A stretch of DNA of 64,000 nucleotides from Macrostomum lignano (taxonomy: Eukaryota). This document shows, piece by piece, positions 53,233 to 64,000 of the stretch; within the stretch, counting starts at the first letter, position 1; every line of letters starts with the position of its first letter. The notes beneath the pieces are model-generated. The model saw only the letters and a program-made list of their open reading frames with translations, made no database searches and was not told where the DNA came from. Location of the stretch: the NCBI GenBank assembly GCA_002269645.1, contig NIVC01002787.1:76537-140536 (forward strand), written 5' to 3'. Made by a program: the position numbers and the translations under genes.

Positions 53233-53613
53233 TTAGTCAAATTTGAAACCACTTTCTTTTTTAATGCTTGCTCTCATCTTCTCATAGACTGCAGGGTCCA
53301 CACTGTCTGGGTTTGGGGCCAGCGGGGCCAGTGGAGGTTGAATCTCTTGTTTAGGTGTTACAGTATCCTTTATCTTTTTGGCTGCTGTGGCTACACTGCC
53401 AGCCGCTTCGGCAACGTTCTTGATGTTCTCTTTGTTATATCCAATGACCTTAAAAATCTTGGCCCCTTGAGCGATCAAATCAGCAAGACCGTTCCCAGAG
53501 CGTTCTTTTCTTGGATAGTGGCCTGCAGGGAAAAGTCCAGATCCGCGTTTAATAAGATTAAGTTCCTCTTTGTCATAGTATTTGTCCACGTCTTTCTCAA
53601 AAATAATCGGCAT
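53233..53613 (-). CDS. P4 GxG core-like protein, 126 aa
   Basis: Start MPIIFEK at 53613; homologue of 17258-17647. Confidence 0.8.
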   Translation of the reverse strand: MPIIFEKDVDKYYDKEELNLIKRGSGLFPAGHYPRKERSGNGLADLIAQGAKIFKVIGYNKENIKNVAEAAGSVATAAKKIKDTVTPKQEIQPPLAPLAPNPDSVDPAVYEKMRASIKKESGFKFD

Positions 53614-53629
53614 CTTTTTAAATAGAAAT

Positions 53630-54841
53630 TTATTTTTTGTTAAACCGTGAAAGCAAAAGTTCTCTTGCTCTTTTATCGATATATTTTCTCTCAAGCATTT
53701 TGTCCAGGATGTTGACAAATTCTTTTCTATTCTCGTCTTTCATTCCGGTCTTTGCCGCTCCTAGAAGAACAGCTAACCGCTTGTAGAATTCAGGCATGCC
53801 TTTTCCGGAAGAGCTTGGAGGTGATTCGAATGATTGGTCAGAGGAGGAACTGTCATGTGGCGCTTGTCTTTGTTGAGGTGTGAATACTCTGTCATTGATT
53901 CGCTTCATTCGTTCTGGGGAGAGCCGCTCTAATTGTCGCCAAGTATCAGGGTTCGTATCTTTGTACTGGGAAATCTCATTTGGCCCTGCTTTTTCAAGCG
54001 CTTCTAGTACTTGTTCGGGTGTGATTTGTTGCTGTGGCGGTGGAGGTTGTTGTGGTTGTGGTTGTGTTTGTGGTTGCTGTTGTGGTTGTTGTAGTTGTTG
54101 TTTTGGTTGCTGCTGTTGTGGTTGCTGCTGTTGTGGCTGTGGTTGTTGTGGTTGTTGTCTTATGACCTCTTCTTGATCCGGCAAACCAAACCATTGTTTA
54201 AAGTATTTGTATTTTCTAAACCTGTTCAAGTCAATCCTGTTTTCATGTAAAACTTTCAAAACACCGTTGTTCTTGAGAATGTCTATGTCCCTCTCTAAAG
54301 CGAAGGTAACCAGATCTCTATAATTCTTTAATTGCTTCTCGGATATTTTTTCCTGATTTTTAGTCATGTAGTCGAGTAAACTTTGAGTGAAGGGGATTCG
54401 TTTAGTTTCTGCGCCTTTATTAATTGAAATAGTTTCCTTCGTCACTTCAATGTTGTAATCCGCCGGTTCCCCGGTGATATTTTTTCGCCAGGCGCTAATT
54501 CCAAATATATATTTTCCATCATCCGTTACGGGGCCAAAAAAGTTATCCGTCACTTTCATCTGCACTGGTTGTCCTGGTTGCTGAGCCTGTGGTTGTCCCG
54601 GTGAAGATGGGATTTTACCCAATGTGTTTTGCAACTGGCTCTCTTGAATATCATCAATTGTTTCCTTCACAGTGTCGATGTTTTTCTTCGCTTCTGTGTA
54701 TCCAGGTTTGTGAAATTCGGTGGCTGCTTGGACGAATTCATTGTAAGATTGTTGTTCTTTGTTGATTAGTCCGGTAACTCGTTTCTCTGCTTGCGCCAGC
54801 TTTTCTAGTTCAGAGATATGATATGAACTTTTCCGCTTCAT
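53630..54841 (-). CDS. P4 poly-Q core-like protein, 403 aa, intact
   Basis: Long ORF divergent from MCP; Q/P tracts; SGKGMPEFYKRLAVLLGA C-terminal domain. Confidence 0.85.
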   Translation of the reverse strand: MKRKSSYHISELEKLAQAEKRVTGLINKEQQSYNEFVQAATEFHKPGYTEAKKNIDTVKETIDDIQESQLQNTLGKIPSSPGQPQAQQPGQPVQMKVTDNFFGPVTDDGKYIFGISAWRKNITGEPADYNIEVTKETISINKGAETKRIPFTQSLLDYMTKNQEKISEKQLKNYRDLVTFALERDIDILKNNGVLKVLHENRIDLNRFRKYKYFKQWFGLPDQEEVIRQQPQQPQPQQQQPQQQQPKQQLQQPQQQPQTQPQPQQPPPPQQQITPEQVLEALEKAGPNEISQYKDTNPDTWRQLERLSPERMKRINDRVFTPQQRQAPHDSSSSDQSFESPPSSSGKGMPEFYKRLAVLLGAAKTGMKDENRKEFVNILDKMLERKYIDKRARELLLSRFNKK

Positions 54842-54871
54842 TTCTTATTTTATTTTATTTTTAGTTAAAAA

Positions 54872-56158
54872 ATGAACGACCCACTGACACCAGTTTTCTA
54901 CAAAATTAACAAGCCTATTTTGAGTGATGATAGCACAATCAAAGCGACACAAGTTAGAGTTCCGAGTCACGAGAACCAGAATGAAACTAATTTGGGTCCA
55001 GGTCAAACACTGACATTTACATACAATGGATGTTCGTCTCTGGTTAGTGTGCACAGTCTTAAGAGCGGCTTCCATATGACATTTCAATTCAAGACAAAAG
55101 GTGGTGCGGATGCGGCTCGTGCTAACGTTGACAAGCATGATGCGGATGTGGCTCTGATCAGTAACTTTTGGGCGTACATGTTCAAGGAGTTTAGTGTATC
55201 GAATGGGAGCACTGAGTTGGAGCGAATCGCCAACTTTGGAATTGTCTATGACGCTCATTGTTTGATCGAGAATCCTGATTTTATTCAGTTGGGAAGTGGT
55301 GCGGGTTTTATCGCAGATGAAAAAGAAGGAGATATCAATGACAGTGGCTATAAAAAGAGGAAGAAGAGATACAACTATGCATTGCAAGGTGCTGATGATG
55401 CTGCTAAAAACCCGCTGTATCGGTCTGTTGATGTATTTGTACCACTGAGATTCATGAGTGGATTCTGTAATACATTTAATCGACTGACTAGTAACTTTAG
55501 CTACACCTTTAGGATGACTAGAGATGATCGCAGTAGAGTGTTGTGGACTGGGGCGGACCACACAAGGATGGAGGTGAAGCTAACCGGAATCGAGCTGTAT
55601 TTGGAAGTCATTGAGCCAAAGACTGCACTAAAAGCGGATTATCTTAAGGCAATAGAGAAGGACATTGATGTTGCATACACAGCCTACATGTGTCGAGATG
55701 AGCGAAACGAAACTAGAACAAATATCTGCATTAAAGAGGGATCATGCAGCAATCCAAGGTATATCATTATTAATATGAGAAACCCAAATAGCATCATACG
55801 CTACATGCATGGAGACGTGCGGTCCATTCAGCATGAAATCAGTGATAATCTTTACCCTGCACTGCCACAAAATGGAGATTTCAGTCAAAACAAGATTAGC
55901 AAATTTTACAGCGAGTTGGTCGACTTGGCTGTGAAAGAGAACAATGGAATTGCTATCACTGCTCTCCAATATGGAACTCTATATCCGATGTTTGGCGCTG
56001 ATGTGTCTGCCAGACAAATGCCTACTGATAACAGCCCTGTGAATATCGTGACTAACATTGAAAGGACTACCGCAACACCCGTGGACCTGTACATTATCTA
56101 TGCATTTGAGAGGAAGGTGAAGCTTAACATGATCAACAATTCATCCAGTAAAGTTTAA
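54872..56158 (+). CDS. MCP: P4 major capsid protein, 428 aa, intact
   Basis: Nearly identical to the P1 MCP. Confidence 0.85.
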   Translation: MNDPLTPVFYKINKPILSDDSTIKATQVRVPSHENQNETNLGPGQTLTFTYNGCSSLVSVHSLKSGFHMTFQFKTKGGADAARANVDKHDADVALISNFWAYMFKEFSVSNGSTELERIANFGIVYDAHCLIENPDFIQLGSGAGFIADEKEGDINDSGYKKRKKRYNYALQGADDAAKNPLYRSVDVFVPLRFMSGFCNTFNRLTSNFSYTFRMTRDDRSRVLWTGADHTRMEVKLTGIELYLEVIEPKTALKADYLKAIEKDIDVAYTAYMCRDERNETRTNICIKEGSCSNPRYIIINMRNPNSIIRYMHGDVRSIQHEISDNLYPALPQNGDFSQNKISKFYSELVDLAVKENNGIAITALQYGTLYPMFGADVSARQMPTDNSPVNIVTNIERTTATPVDLYIIYAFERKVKLNMINNSSSKV

Positions 56159-56180
56159 ATATTTTTTTGTGGGTGAAAAA

Positions 56181-57044
56181 ATGGAAGCCATAGCCGAAAG
56201 ACTAAACAACATTGTTTCACACTCTAAGGAGAGCATTCCTATTACAATAACCGGGCGAATTAATGACTCAAACGGGATGTTTGTTGAAAAATTAGAGCAG
56301 GCGATTCGCCTGGATCCAGGCGCTAATTACCATGTCTATCTTAACGACTTCACCGGTTGGTCAAACGTTCCTAATGTGATGGCAGCAAATAATAAGTTTT
56401 ATTACAAATGGAAAGGTGCAGCAGCAGACCCTGTGGTATTCCATGTGAGCACGCAAAGTGTGGATACCTACAATAACTTTCTAGAAAATGTCTTTACTAA
56501 GAGAGGCCATTTTGAGACACCTGATGCGAGTAAGCCAGAGAAGAAACTGTTCCCTGTCAAACTAACCTATGATCTCACTGTAATGAGAGTGGTCATGCAA
56601 GTTCACAAAAATGCGGAGGTTGAGTTTAAAGATGACACTTGGTATAGGGAACTAGGATTCGAGAAGAAAGTTTATAAGGCAGAATCCGCGGCGCAGACCG
56701 CCACTCAAGCATCGAGGACCGTTAAAATGGCCCGGGAAAATGTAAGCGGTTTGTTCTTAGCACCCAATATTGCAGACATTGTAAAGGGTTTGAATATTCT
56801 AATCAGAAGCAATCTCAGTCTTGATTGGGTATTTAAGGGAAAGCGAACGAATATTTTGTACAACATCTCCAACTCTGTTGCTGGAGGACAGATGGTGGTA
56901 GAGAAACCAAATCCAGTGAAAAGAGTTGTATTGAGTAATAAAGAGATTCACGAGATTGTGCTACAGTTTGAGACTGAAGATGGGATGGGCGTTGATTTTA
57001 ATGGGGAAGAGTTTGTATTGACGTTGATCATTGAAAGAATGTAA
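56181..57044 (+). CDS. mCP: P4 minor capsid protein, 287 aa, intact
   Basis: ATG in aaaaATGgaagcc context; penton-type C-terminus. Confidence 0.85.
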   Translation: MEAIAERLNNIVSHSKESIPITITGRINDSNGMFVEKLEQAIRLDPGANYHVYLNDFTGWSNVPNVMAANNKFYYKWKGAAADPVVFHVSTQSVDTYNNFLENVFTKRGHFETPDASKPEKKLFPVKLTYDLTVMRVVMQVHKNAEVEFKDDTWYRELGFEKKVYKAESAAQTATQASRTVKMARENVSGLFLAPNIADIVKGLNILIRSNLSLDWVFKGKRTNILYNISNSVAGGQMVVEKPNPVKRVVLSNKEIHEIVLQFETEDGMGVDFNGEEFVLTLIIERM

Positions 57045-57048
57045 GAAA

Positions 57049-57288
57049 TCACAATTGTCTAATGATTTCTACAAAGTTATAGTAGCTGTCGTAATCTTTT
57101 ACATAGGTTACTCCATACTTATGAAACCAGTGTCTTTGGAGAGCTAGATTAATATTAGGGACATTGATATCAACGTCGGGCCAATATTTTCTCATGTACT
57201 CGCTGCATTCTAGTTTGCATCGGTACTTACTCTTGTAATTAGGCTCGTGCGCTTTGTAATAAGAACCTGGAGAGACAACTGGAAACAT
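57049..57288 (-). CDS. Terminal microprotein, 79 aa (P4 right)
   Basis: Intact; tail-to-tail with the penton. Confidence 0.75.
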   Translation of the reverse strand: MFPVVSPGSYYKAHEPNYKSKYRCKLECSEYMRKYWPDVDINVPNINLALQRHWFHKYGVTYVKDYDSYYNFVEIIRQL

Positions 57289-58163
57289 TTTTAGAGAAAA
57301 TTTAATTTTTTTTCAAAGGGTAAGGACCCTGGGTTAGGGGATTTAAAGTTTTAGGGATCTGGTTTCGCCGCTTTGGATTGAATGTGGGCCCCATGGGGAG
57401 AAGAATGCAGATTATTTTCTGATTGTTTCGAAGATGCTATGGGTGGATGTCGGTGTCAGTGAGCATAACAGGTATCAGTTGACACCTGCTCTGATTCTGT
57501 CAGGGATAATATGGATGGATTTAATAGGATTATGGAGGATGTTTTGTGAGCAAGTGCGGCCCCTCCCCTTTTTCATGATTCTGTCAGGGATAATATGGAT
57601 GGATTTAGGTGGATTATGGAGGATGTTTTGTGAGCGAGTGCGACCCCCCTTTTTTTCTGATTCTGTCAGGGATAATATGGATGGATTTAATGGGATTATG
57701 TTCGAAGTTTTTGGGGTAAGTGCGACCCCCCTTTTTTTCTGATTCTGTCAGGGATAATATGGATGGATTTAGGTGGATTATGGAGGACGTGAAAAATTTT
57801 GTCCCAGAAGCCCCCTCATGTCTTCTACTGGCAGGTGTAATCAATTATTATTACTATTTACTTACGATAGGCATTCTGTCTTCTGCTGCATGCTATGTTG
57901 TTGCCACGTTGCTTACCACATGAAAAACTATAATAAACTAATAAACTATATAGCGACTATAATCTGTCGCTTCAGTCCTTCAGTTGTTTATCAATGTAAA
58001 CTGTTCAGCAGTCTTTCTAATTCTTTATTTGGTGCGTGCACAAAGGAAAGCACGCGTGGAACTTGTACATACGCAAAAGCTGCGCTCCCTCAGCAAATAG
58101 CAGTTACGCCACCCCTTTTCAAAATGCAGCTGTTGCGCTTGGCTGCGAATAATCCTTCCCAAC

Positions 58164-58652
58164 TCAAACGCCCCTCTCTACCCCCAACTCTTTCAGCAGT
58201 CTTCCTAATACCTCGTTTGGAGCACACAAAATAAACCCCGCTCCCGAGCACTCCGCGCACCCGCCCTCTCTTCCCAAACACCCACCCTCAGCGCCCACCC
58301 CCAACCCCAGCTTTTTCTTACCAAAAATAACCGCCTTGACTAATTTCCTAGCAATCGACTCACGAAATCCGCTTGAAATCCCCATATTGTCGAGTCTCCT
58401 GAGCATTTCTTTGTCCCAGCGATTCTTCTCCTCAGGAAAATCTCTATATTTAACGTCGTGCCACATGCAGACAGAGTCTAGCTCGTTCACAGGCTCATGC
58501 CCAGGATTTGGGTTGTCGTTACCATCCAGCTGTATTTCAAGTGGATTCAAAGGCCCGCAATATTTGTACCCGGGAACTGTCCAGCCTTTGTTTGGATGAG
58601 GAAGCTTTTCTATCAGTCCATGTGAATCTATTTTACCACCAGAGCGTTGCAT
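58164..58652 (-). CDS. P3 PLA2 protein, 162 aa
   Basis: PGYKYCGPLN, DSVCMWHDVKY. Confidence 0.92.
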   Translation of the reverse strand: MQRSGGKIDSHGLIEKLPHPNKGWTVPGYKYCGPLNPLEIQLDGNDNPNPGHEPVNELDSVCMWHDVKYRDFPEEKNRWDKEMLRRLDNMGISSGFRESIARKLVKAVIFGKKKLGLGVGAEGGCLGREGGCAECSGAGFILCAPNEVLGRLLKELGVERGV

Positions 58653-58682
58653 TATTTTATTTAAAATTTTATTTTTAAATAA

Positions 58683-59706
58683 ATGACAGATCAGAAACTA
58701 AAAAAACTCTACTACAGCGACAAAGGATTCTTTGTAGGCAAAAATGCCGTTAGTAAACTCATGGAGCTGAGTAAGGAACCAAAAGCTACAGTAGAAAAAT
58801 GGCTCTCTAAGCAGGCTGTCTTTCAAGTCTATTTCCCACCAGTAAAATTTGAAAGGCCCCATTTCAGTATTTATAAACCTAATGAGGCGCACCAAGCAGA
58901 TCTTCTGTTTCTCCCCAATGACTCAGGCTACAAGTATGCTCTTACAATTATTGACATTGCTTCCAGATATAAGGAAGCTCGCCCACTCAAGACGAAGAAG
59001 TCAGAGGTTGTTGCCAGCGCACTCCAAGATATTTATAAAAACTCACCCCTTAGTTACCCTGAAATCTTTATGACCGACCCGGGTAAGGAATTCATGGGTG
59101 CAGTCAAATCCCTTATGGAAAAAAATACAAAAATTCGCTATGGCAGAACAAACTTGCACAGAGACCAGGCTTTTGTGGATAGATTCAATTTAGCTCTAGC
59201 CAAGAGACTATTCACTAAGCAGACAGCTGAAGAACTCAAACTGAGTGCGGGGCAGTACTATAACAAGTGGACAGAAAGACTCCCCGCTGTTATAGAGCAA
59301 CTGAACAATGAAGTCACACGCTTGACTGGATTGAAACCATCCCATGCAATTAAACAAGACACTGTCGAACTTAAGCCATCTCATAGAACAGACAACAACA
59401 CTACAACCCCACACAACACACACAACACAAAACACACCTCGAACTACCCTAAGCTTCCAGGAGTTGAATCACCATACATACTGACAAACTCTGAGTTTCT
59501 ACGCTTTTTATATCTACCTGGAGAGCTACAGAAGGACACTAAAAGAAGAGCTACAGATCCATACTTCAGCCTTGATGTACATAAAAAAGACCTCCGACTC
59601 CGGTGACTATTACTTTTTATCCCAGGCCTTTAACCCTAAATCCCCCACGCGGTCATTCACTAGAGCTGAACTCCTAGTGATACCAGCTGACACAGAAATT
59701 AATTCA
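58683..59706 (+). CDS. INT: P3 DDE integrase, frameshift near 59590
   Basis: Homologue of 42474-43511; VERF reads VDRF at the third catalytic position. Confidence 0.93.
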
Positions 59707-59722
59707 AATATTAAAATATTAA

Positions 59723-60178
59723 ATGACAAAGATTGAAACCAGAACCATCAATAAACTCAATAAAATTATTCAATCAAAGAAACCAGGTCTTATATCAATT
59801 AAAGGTGCCAAAGTAAAAATCGATCCCGTGCAGCAAATAGTTCAATGTAATGAACAAAGACACAGCATCACAGATGAAAAGTCAGGAGGAATCCTACCAT
59901 TAGCAGCTCTTATCCTAATTATTGCAGGCGCTGTAAGTGCCGCAGGTGGTGTAGCTGGAGGTGTAGCAACTGCTGTTAAAGCTGGGAATGATAGAGCCCA
60001 CCAGCTAGAATTGCAAAAGATTGCAAGAGACAAAGGTACAACAATTAAGGCAGGAGATGGGTGCCCTGATTTTGATGATCATGATGATTGTAAGCATGAA
60101 AATTCTGTAAGCAAGTCTGACATTGTCAAAGCCATCATGACACTGCACAATGCTGGGTTTACAATAATGCGGATGTGA
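59723..60178 (+). CDS. P3 pX-like protein, 151 aa
   Basis: SGGILPLAALILIIAGAVSA. Confidence 0.75.
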   Translation: MTKIETRTINKLNKIIQSKKPGLISIKGAKVKIDPVQQIVQCNEQRHSITDEKSGGILPLAALILIIAGAVSAAGGVAGGVATAVKAGNDRAHQLELQKIARDKGTTIKAGDGCPDFDDHDDCKHENSVSKSDIVKAIMTLHNAGFTIMRM

Positions 60179-60313
60179 ATGCGGATGTGATGAGGTTTAA
60201 AACCCCACTTTATCCAGCTTCATAAACCTAATACTACTTATAGGATGTAGAAACAGTTCAACTTTTCTATCAGGGTGGTCACCCTCAAAATTTTTTTTAT
60301 ATTTTCGAGAAAA

Positions 60314-63300
60314 ATGCCAAAAGCTAATCCAGCAAGAGATTTAGTCAACAAATATTTTTCAAAAGGCGTCTCATTTCAAGACAAAAGTAATTCACTAAGA
60401 GAAGCATGCAAACAAAAGTTCAACACCGACCCTGGTCACCTGGGAAGCTATGAAAAACAGTTGGAAATCATCAAACAATTAGAATTCAACCAGTATGCGC
60501 CTATAAAAAGTCCTGCAAAGGAACACCAAGAGAGGAGTCGCAACTTAGTTAACAAATACGAAACTCTCACTGGTGAAAAAGCAAAGTACCCACAAAGTAA
60601 GCAGGAACAAGAGAAATTAGAGCAATTAATCCATTTAAAAGAGTCGGAGCTTGCCATTGAAGAGATTAATTTTGCACAGAGGAAGTTTACAGAACATCAC
60701 ATAGAGTACACAATCCCAATTAAGGATACCACCGCAAACATCTACGACTATAAAGACAGCATCCAATCAGTTGTTGATCACACACTCAAAACACGCAAGA
60801 CTTTTAAACTACAGATATCATTCAAGATTGCGTTTTATATGCCTGCGAAACCCACTGAGAATCTCGAGTATTACATGACAACAAAGGCAAAGCCATTCAC
60901 CCCTACAGACACACTGGATCCTTTCCTTCAAGATGTCAATAAGAAAATTGAAGCGTTTATATCCAGAGGTTCCAGATGGGTCGTAGGAGGGATTCAAAGA
61001 GCGACTGTCATGGTCATGAAATATGACCCACTTAAAGCCTCCTCTTATATAGAGCTCCAGCATAAGCTAGCCGGCAAAAAAGCTTGCATAAATGTTAAAA
61101 ATAAAGACAATTGCTGTGCACTATGGGCAGTTCTTTCTGCACTTCTTCATGATAGTGTCCTTCACCACCCCGAAAGAACCTCAAATTATCAAATTATTTC
61201 AACTACTATCTCATTGAATGCCGAAAAGAAGGGAATCAGGTTTGACAAAGGAGGCTTGGCGATCTCTCAGATCCCAAAGCTAGAAGAAGTGTTTAATAAC
61301 AAAATTAGAATCACAGTCTTTGAGTGGAGTGAAAAAACTGAGAAAGTTCAACCGGTCAGATGTAGCAAAGACGTTTTAGATCCTGAGGGGAAAAGGCGGA
61401 CTGAAGTGGATCTTCTAGTGATTGGTAATTTACTAGAGGAGGCTCACTATGTTTGGATTAAAGATCTTTCAAGACTCATTCACAAGCAGTTGAATAATCA
61501 TCACGAGGCTGTTGCCATCTGCCGCTTGTGCCTTAAGCATTACAGTGGGCCTGAGCGCTTTGAAAAACTAGCAGAGCATGAATTATCATGCGAGGATCAC
61601 CTGACCAACTGCTCTCTTCCTACAGCTGAAGAGAAGTATCTCCGGTTTAAGAACTATCACAAGATGGAGAAGCTCCCATTTGTTGTATTTGCTGATTTCG
61701 AATGCTCAATCATGCCAGAAACTCAAAAACAAACTCCAACTCAAAAACATATCCCCAATTCAGTAGCATATGCCTTTATTAATACAAAAGGACTTGTTGA
61801 GTATAATTATTTCTTTGGAGAGCAGTGTGTGGAGCAGTTTATTGCCAGAATGTTAGAGTTGCAAAAAGTGATTAGCACCCTTCAACCTGTTCCAATAAGT
61901 ATGTCTGAGGAGGATGAAAGCAATTTACTATCAGCAACTCATTGCCACATCTACAGGAAACATTTAACTTGCACTAATATTAAAAACCCCACCGTTAGGG
62001 ACCACTGCCACTTTACTGGGAAATTTAGAGGTGCAGCGCATAACACCTGTAATCTAAAGCTAAAATCGAACATTCATGATCTAACGATATTTTGTCACAA
62101 CGCAAAGAACTATGACATGCATTTAATAGTTGAAAAAATCGGCATGATTCCAGACATACACCTTGATTGCATCGCAGAGAACAAGGAGAAGTTTAAGTGT
62201 GTTGATATTAAACAGGATAATTTAGGTAAAGGTAAAATAAGACTGAAGGATTCATATCAATTTCTAGCTGCCAGTCTAGACGAACTAAGCAAGAATCTGA
62301 AAGATGAACAATGTACATATACAAAGATGTTTGCAAGTAAAATTAACAACACTGATGAATTATTTAAACTTTTAAGAAAGAAAGGCTTCTACCCCTATGA
62401 AGATATTACTGGGTATCACGTATTTGAAGATGGTTTACCACCACAGGAGAAGTTCTTTTCAAAGCTAACAGACTCTGGAATCTCTGACAAAGACTATGAG
62501 CACGCGAAGCATGTCTATAATTACTTTAATTGTCAAAACTTCTTCCAGTATCACCTGCTTCACGTCTACACAGATGTGTTTCTGCTGGCCGATGTGTTTG
62601 AAACCTTCAGATACACCTGGTACACAGCATATGGCCTCGATCCAGCACATTATGTGTCTCTGCCTGCCACTAGCTGGGAATCTTTGCTTAAAATGAAATG
62701 GGATCAAGATCCAGATTGGTACATTGAACTTCTTACAGACATTGACATGTACAATTTTGTCGAATCGTCAAAGCGAGGGGGAATCTCAATTGTGTTAACA
62801 GGTATGCAAAAGCAAACAATCCCTACATTGGATCTTACAATAAGGAGCAGCCCTCAAACTACATTACTTACTTGGACGCTAATAATCTCTACGGGTGGGC
62901 GATGAGTCAAGATCTTCCAGTTAGAGATTTTCGATGGCTACCCTCATCAGAATTCAAATGGGACTTTTCATTGGCTGCCATTTATGAGGTTGATGTTTAC
63001 ATTCCACCAGAGCTTCACGACTATTTCTCTGACTTTCCACCCTTCCCAGAGAACATCAAGTGCCCGAAAATAATCGAAACTCCCAATGATAATAATGGAA
63101 CTTGGCACCTGTCAGGAACAGAAAAAGAACATACAGAGAAGCTAACACAGAATCTAAACAACAAGACACGTTACAAAATTCATTACAAACTGCTTCAGTA
63201 TTTTATCTCACTTGGTTGCAGGGTCACCAAAGTTCACCGGGCTCTTACATTTACAGAGGAAGCGTGGATGAAACCCTACATTGATAAAAACCCAGTTTAG

Positions 63301-64000
63301 GACCAAAGCAACCAACGACTTTGACAAGAACCTCTTTAAGTTGGCCAACAACTCTGTCTATGGCAAGACTCTTGAGAATGAGCGGAAAAGAACAAACCTG
63401 AAACTTGTTACCTCATCAGAGCCTGCTATTATTCAGGCAAATATGTCAAAGCCAACATTCAAAGAACTCCATATCTTTAATAGCTACTTAGGTGTGATCA
63501 TATTTTACAAAACCAAGGTGACGCTGCGCAAGCCGATCTATACAGGTGTCACTGTTCTCGACGAATCAAAACGTCTGATGTACCAGTTCTTCTATGGCAT
63601 GAAGCAGCAGTACAAGGATAAAATGAAACTCTTGTACACTGACACAGACAGTTTTATTATGGACATTCAAACAGAAGACATTTATCAGGACATGCTGCAG
63701 CAAAAAGATTTGTTTGACTTGTCTGAGTATGATGAATATTGCAGGACACAGAATGGCGATCAAGTGTTTGACGCCACTAACAAGAAAGTGATTGGGAAAA
63801 TGAAGGACGAGATTGCTGGTGATATAATCACTGAATTCATTGGGTTGAGAGCAAAGTCCTATTTTGTAAAATGTGAGTCGTCAGACCCAATAAAAAATCA
63901 AAGGAATTCCGAAACGCGTCGTTAGGAAGGAAATTAATGAAGCTAATACAGAGACGCCTTGAATTGCAACAAAAAGACATCACATGAGTTCTCAAAGCTA
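60314..64000 (+). CDS. pPolB: P3 protein-primed PolB, incomplete at window end (frameshifts near 62790, 63290, 63900)
   Basis: MPKANPA start at 60314; all motifs through YTDTDS. Confidence 0.97.

Larger units (their letters stand above)
39535..57829 (+). mobile_element. P4: complete family A Polinton, 18,295 bp including a 2.2-kb insert
   Basis: TIRs about 565 bp (39535-40096 and 57258-57829), TSD GGCAGG (39529-39534 and 57830-57835), all core genes present. Confidence 0.98.
36070..64000 (+). mobile_element. P3: family A Polinton, left part, running off the window
   Basis: AGTAGAAGGCATGAG at 36070, TIR, microprotein and cargo; after the SINE/P4 insertion come PLA2, INT, pX and pPolB in P4 order. 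Confidence 0.92.

Noticed and set aside
11945-57829. Bacterial prophage or tectivirus interpretation
   Set aside because: DDE integrase with 6-bp TSDs, adenain, TATA/HSE promoters, SINE, Gypsy and Helitron neighbours all indicate a eukaryotic Polinton.

Overview
Eukaryotic (probably invertebrate metazoan) repeat-dense DNA with no recognisable host gene. The window is a nested stack of Polinton/Maverick (adintovirus-like) endogenous dsDNA viral elements. Family A elements end in AGTAGAAGGCATGAG...CTCATG(C/T)CTTCTACT with about 560-720 bp terminal inverted repeats (TIRs). They encode protein-primed PolB, DDE integrase, A32-like packaging ATPase, adenain-like protease, major and minor capsid proteins, a parvovirus-type PLA2, an adenovirus pX-like protein and several core/fibre-like proteins. 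Two copies are complete with perfect 6-bp target-site duplications (TSDs): P1 at 11945-26528 (AAATAT) and P4 at 39535-57829 (GGCAGG). P2 (from 27428) and P3 (from 36070) run off the right edge. P0 is a penton fragment at 8388-8891, and a second Polinton family (PB) starts at 8892. The nesting reads P0 < PB < (P1; P2 < P3 < SINE < P4 < 2.2-kb TG..CA insert). P2 also carries a solo LTR and a 3'-truncated CsRn1-type Ty3/Gypsy element. The first 8.4 kb is a head-to-tail array of non-autonomous Helitron-like elements with minisatellites. The most unusual features are: (i) a copy-specific cargo slot beside the TIR that pairs distantly related DUF3102-like proteins with copy-specific palindrome arrays, one gene driven by a perfect 4-unit heat-shock element plus TATA; (ii) a conserved 78-79 aa microprotein encoded at the inner edge of the termini; (iii) a Gypsy LTR with four perfect heat-shock elements. 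Many genes carry single-base frameshifts at different positions in different copies, possibly sequencing errors. All family assignments rest on motif recognition only; no database searches were run.
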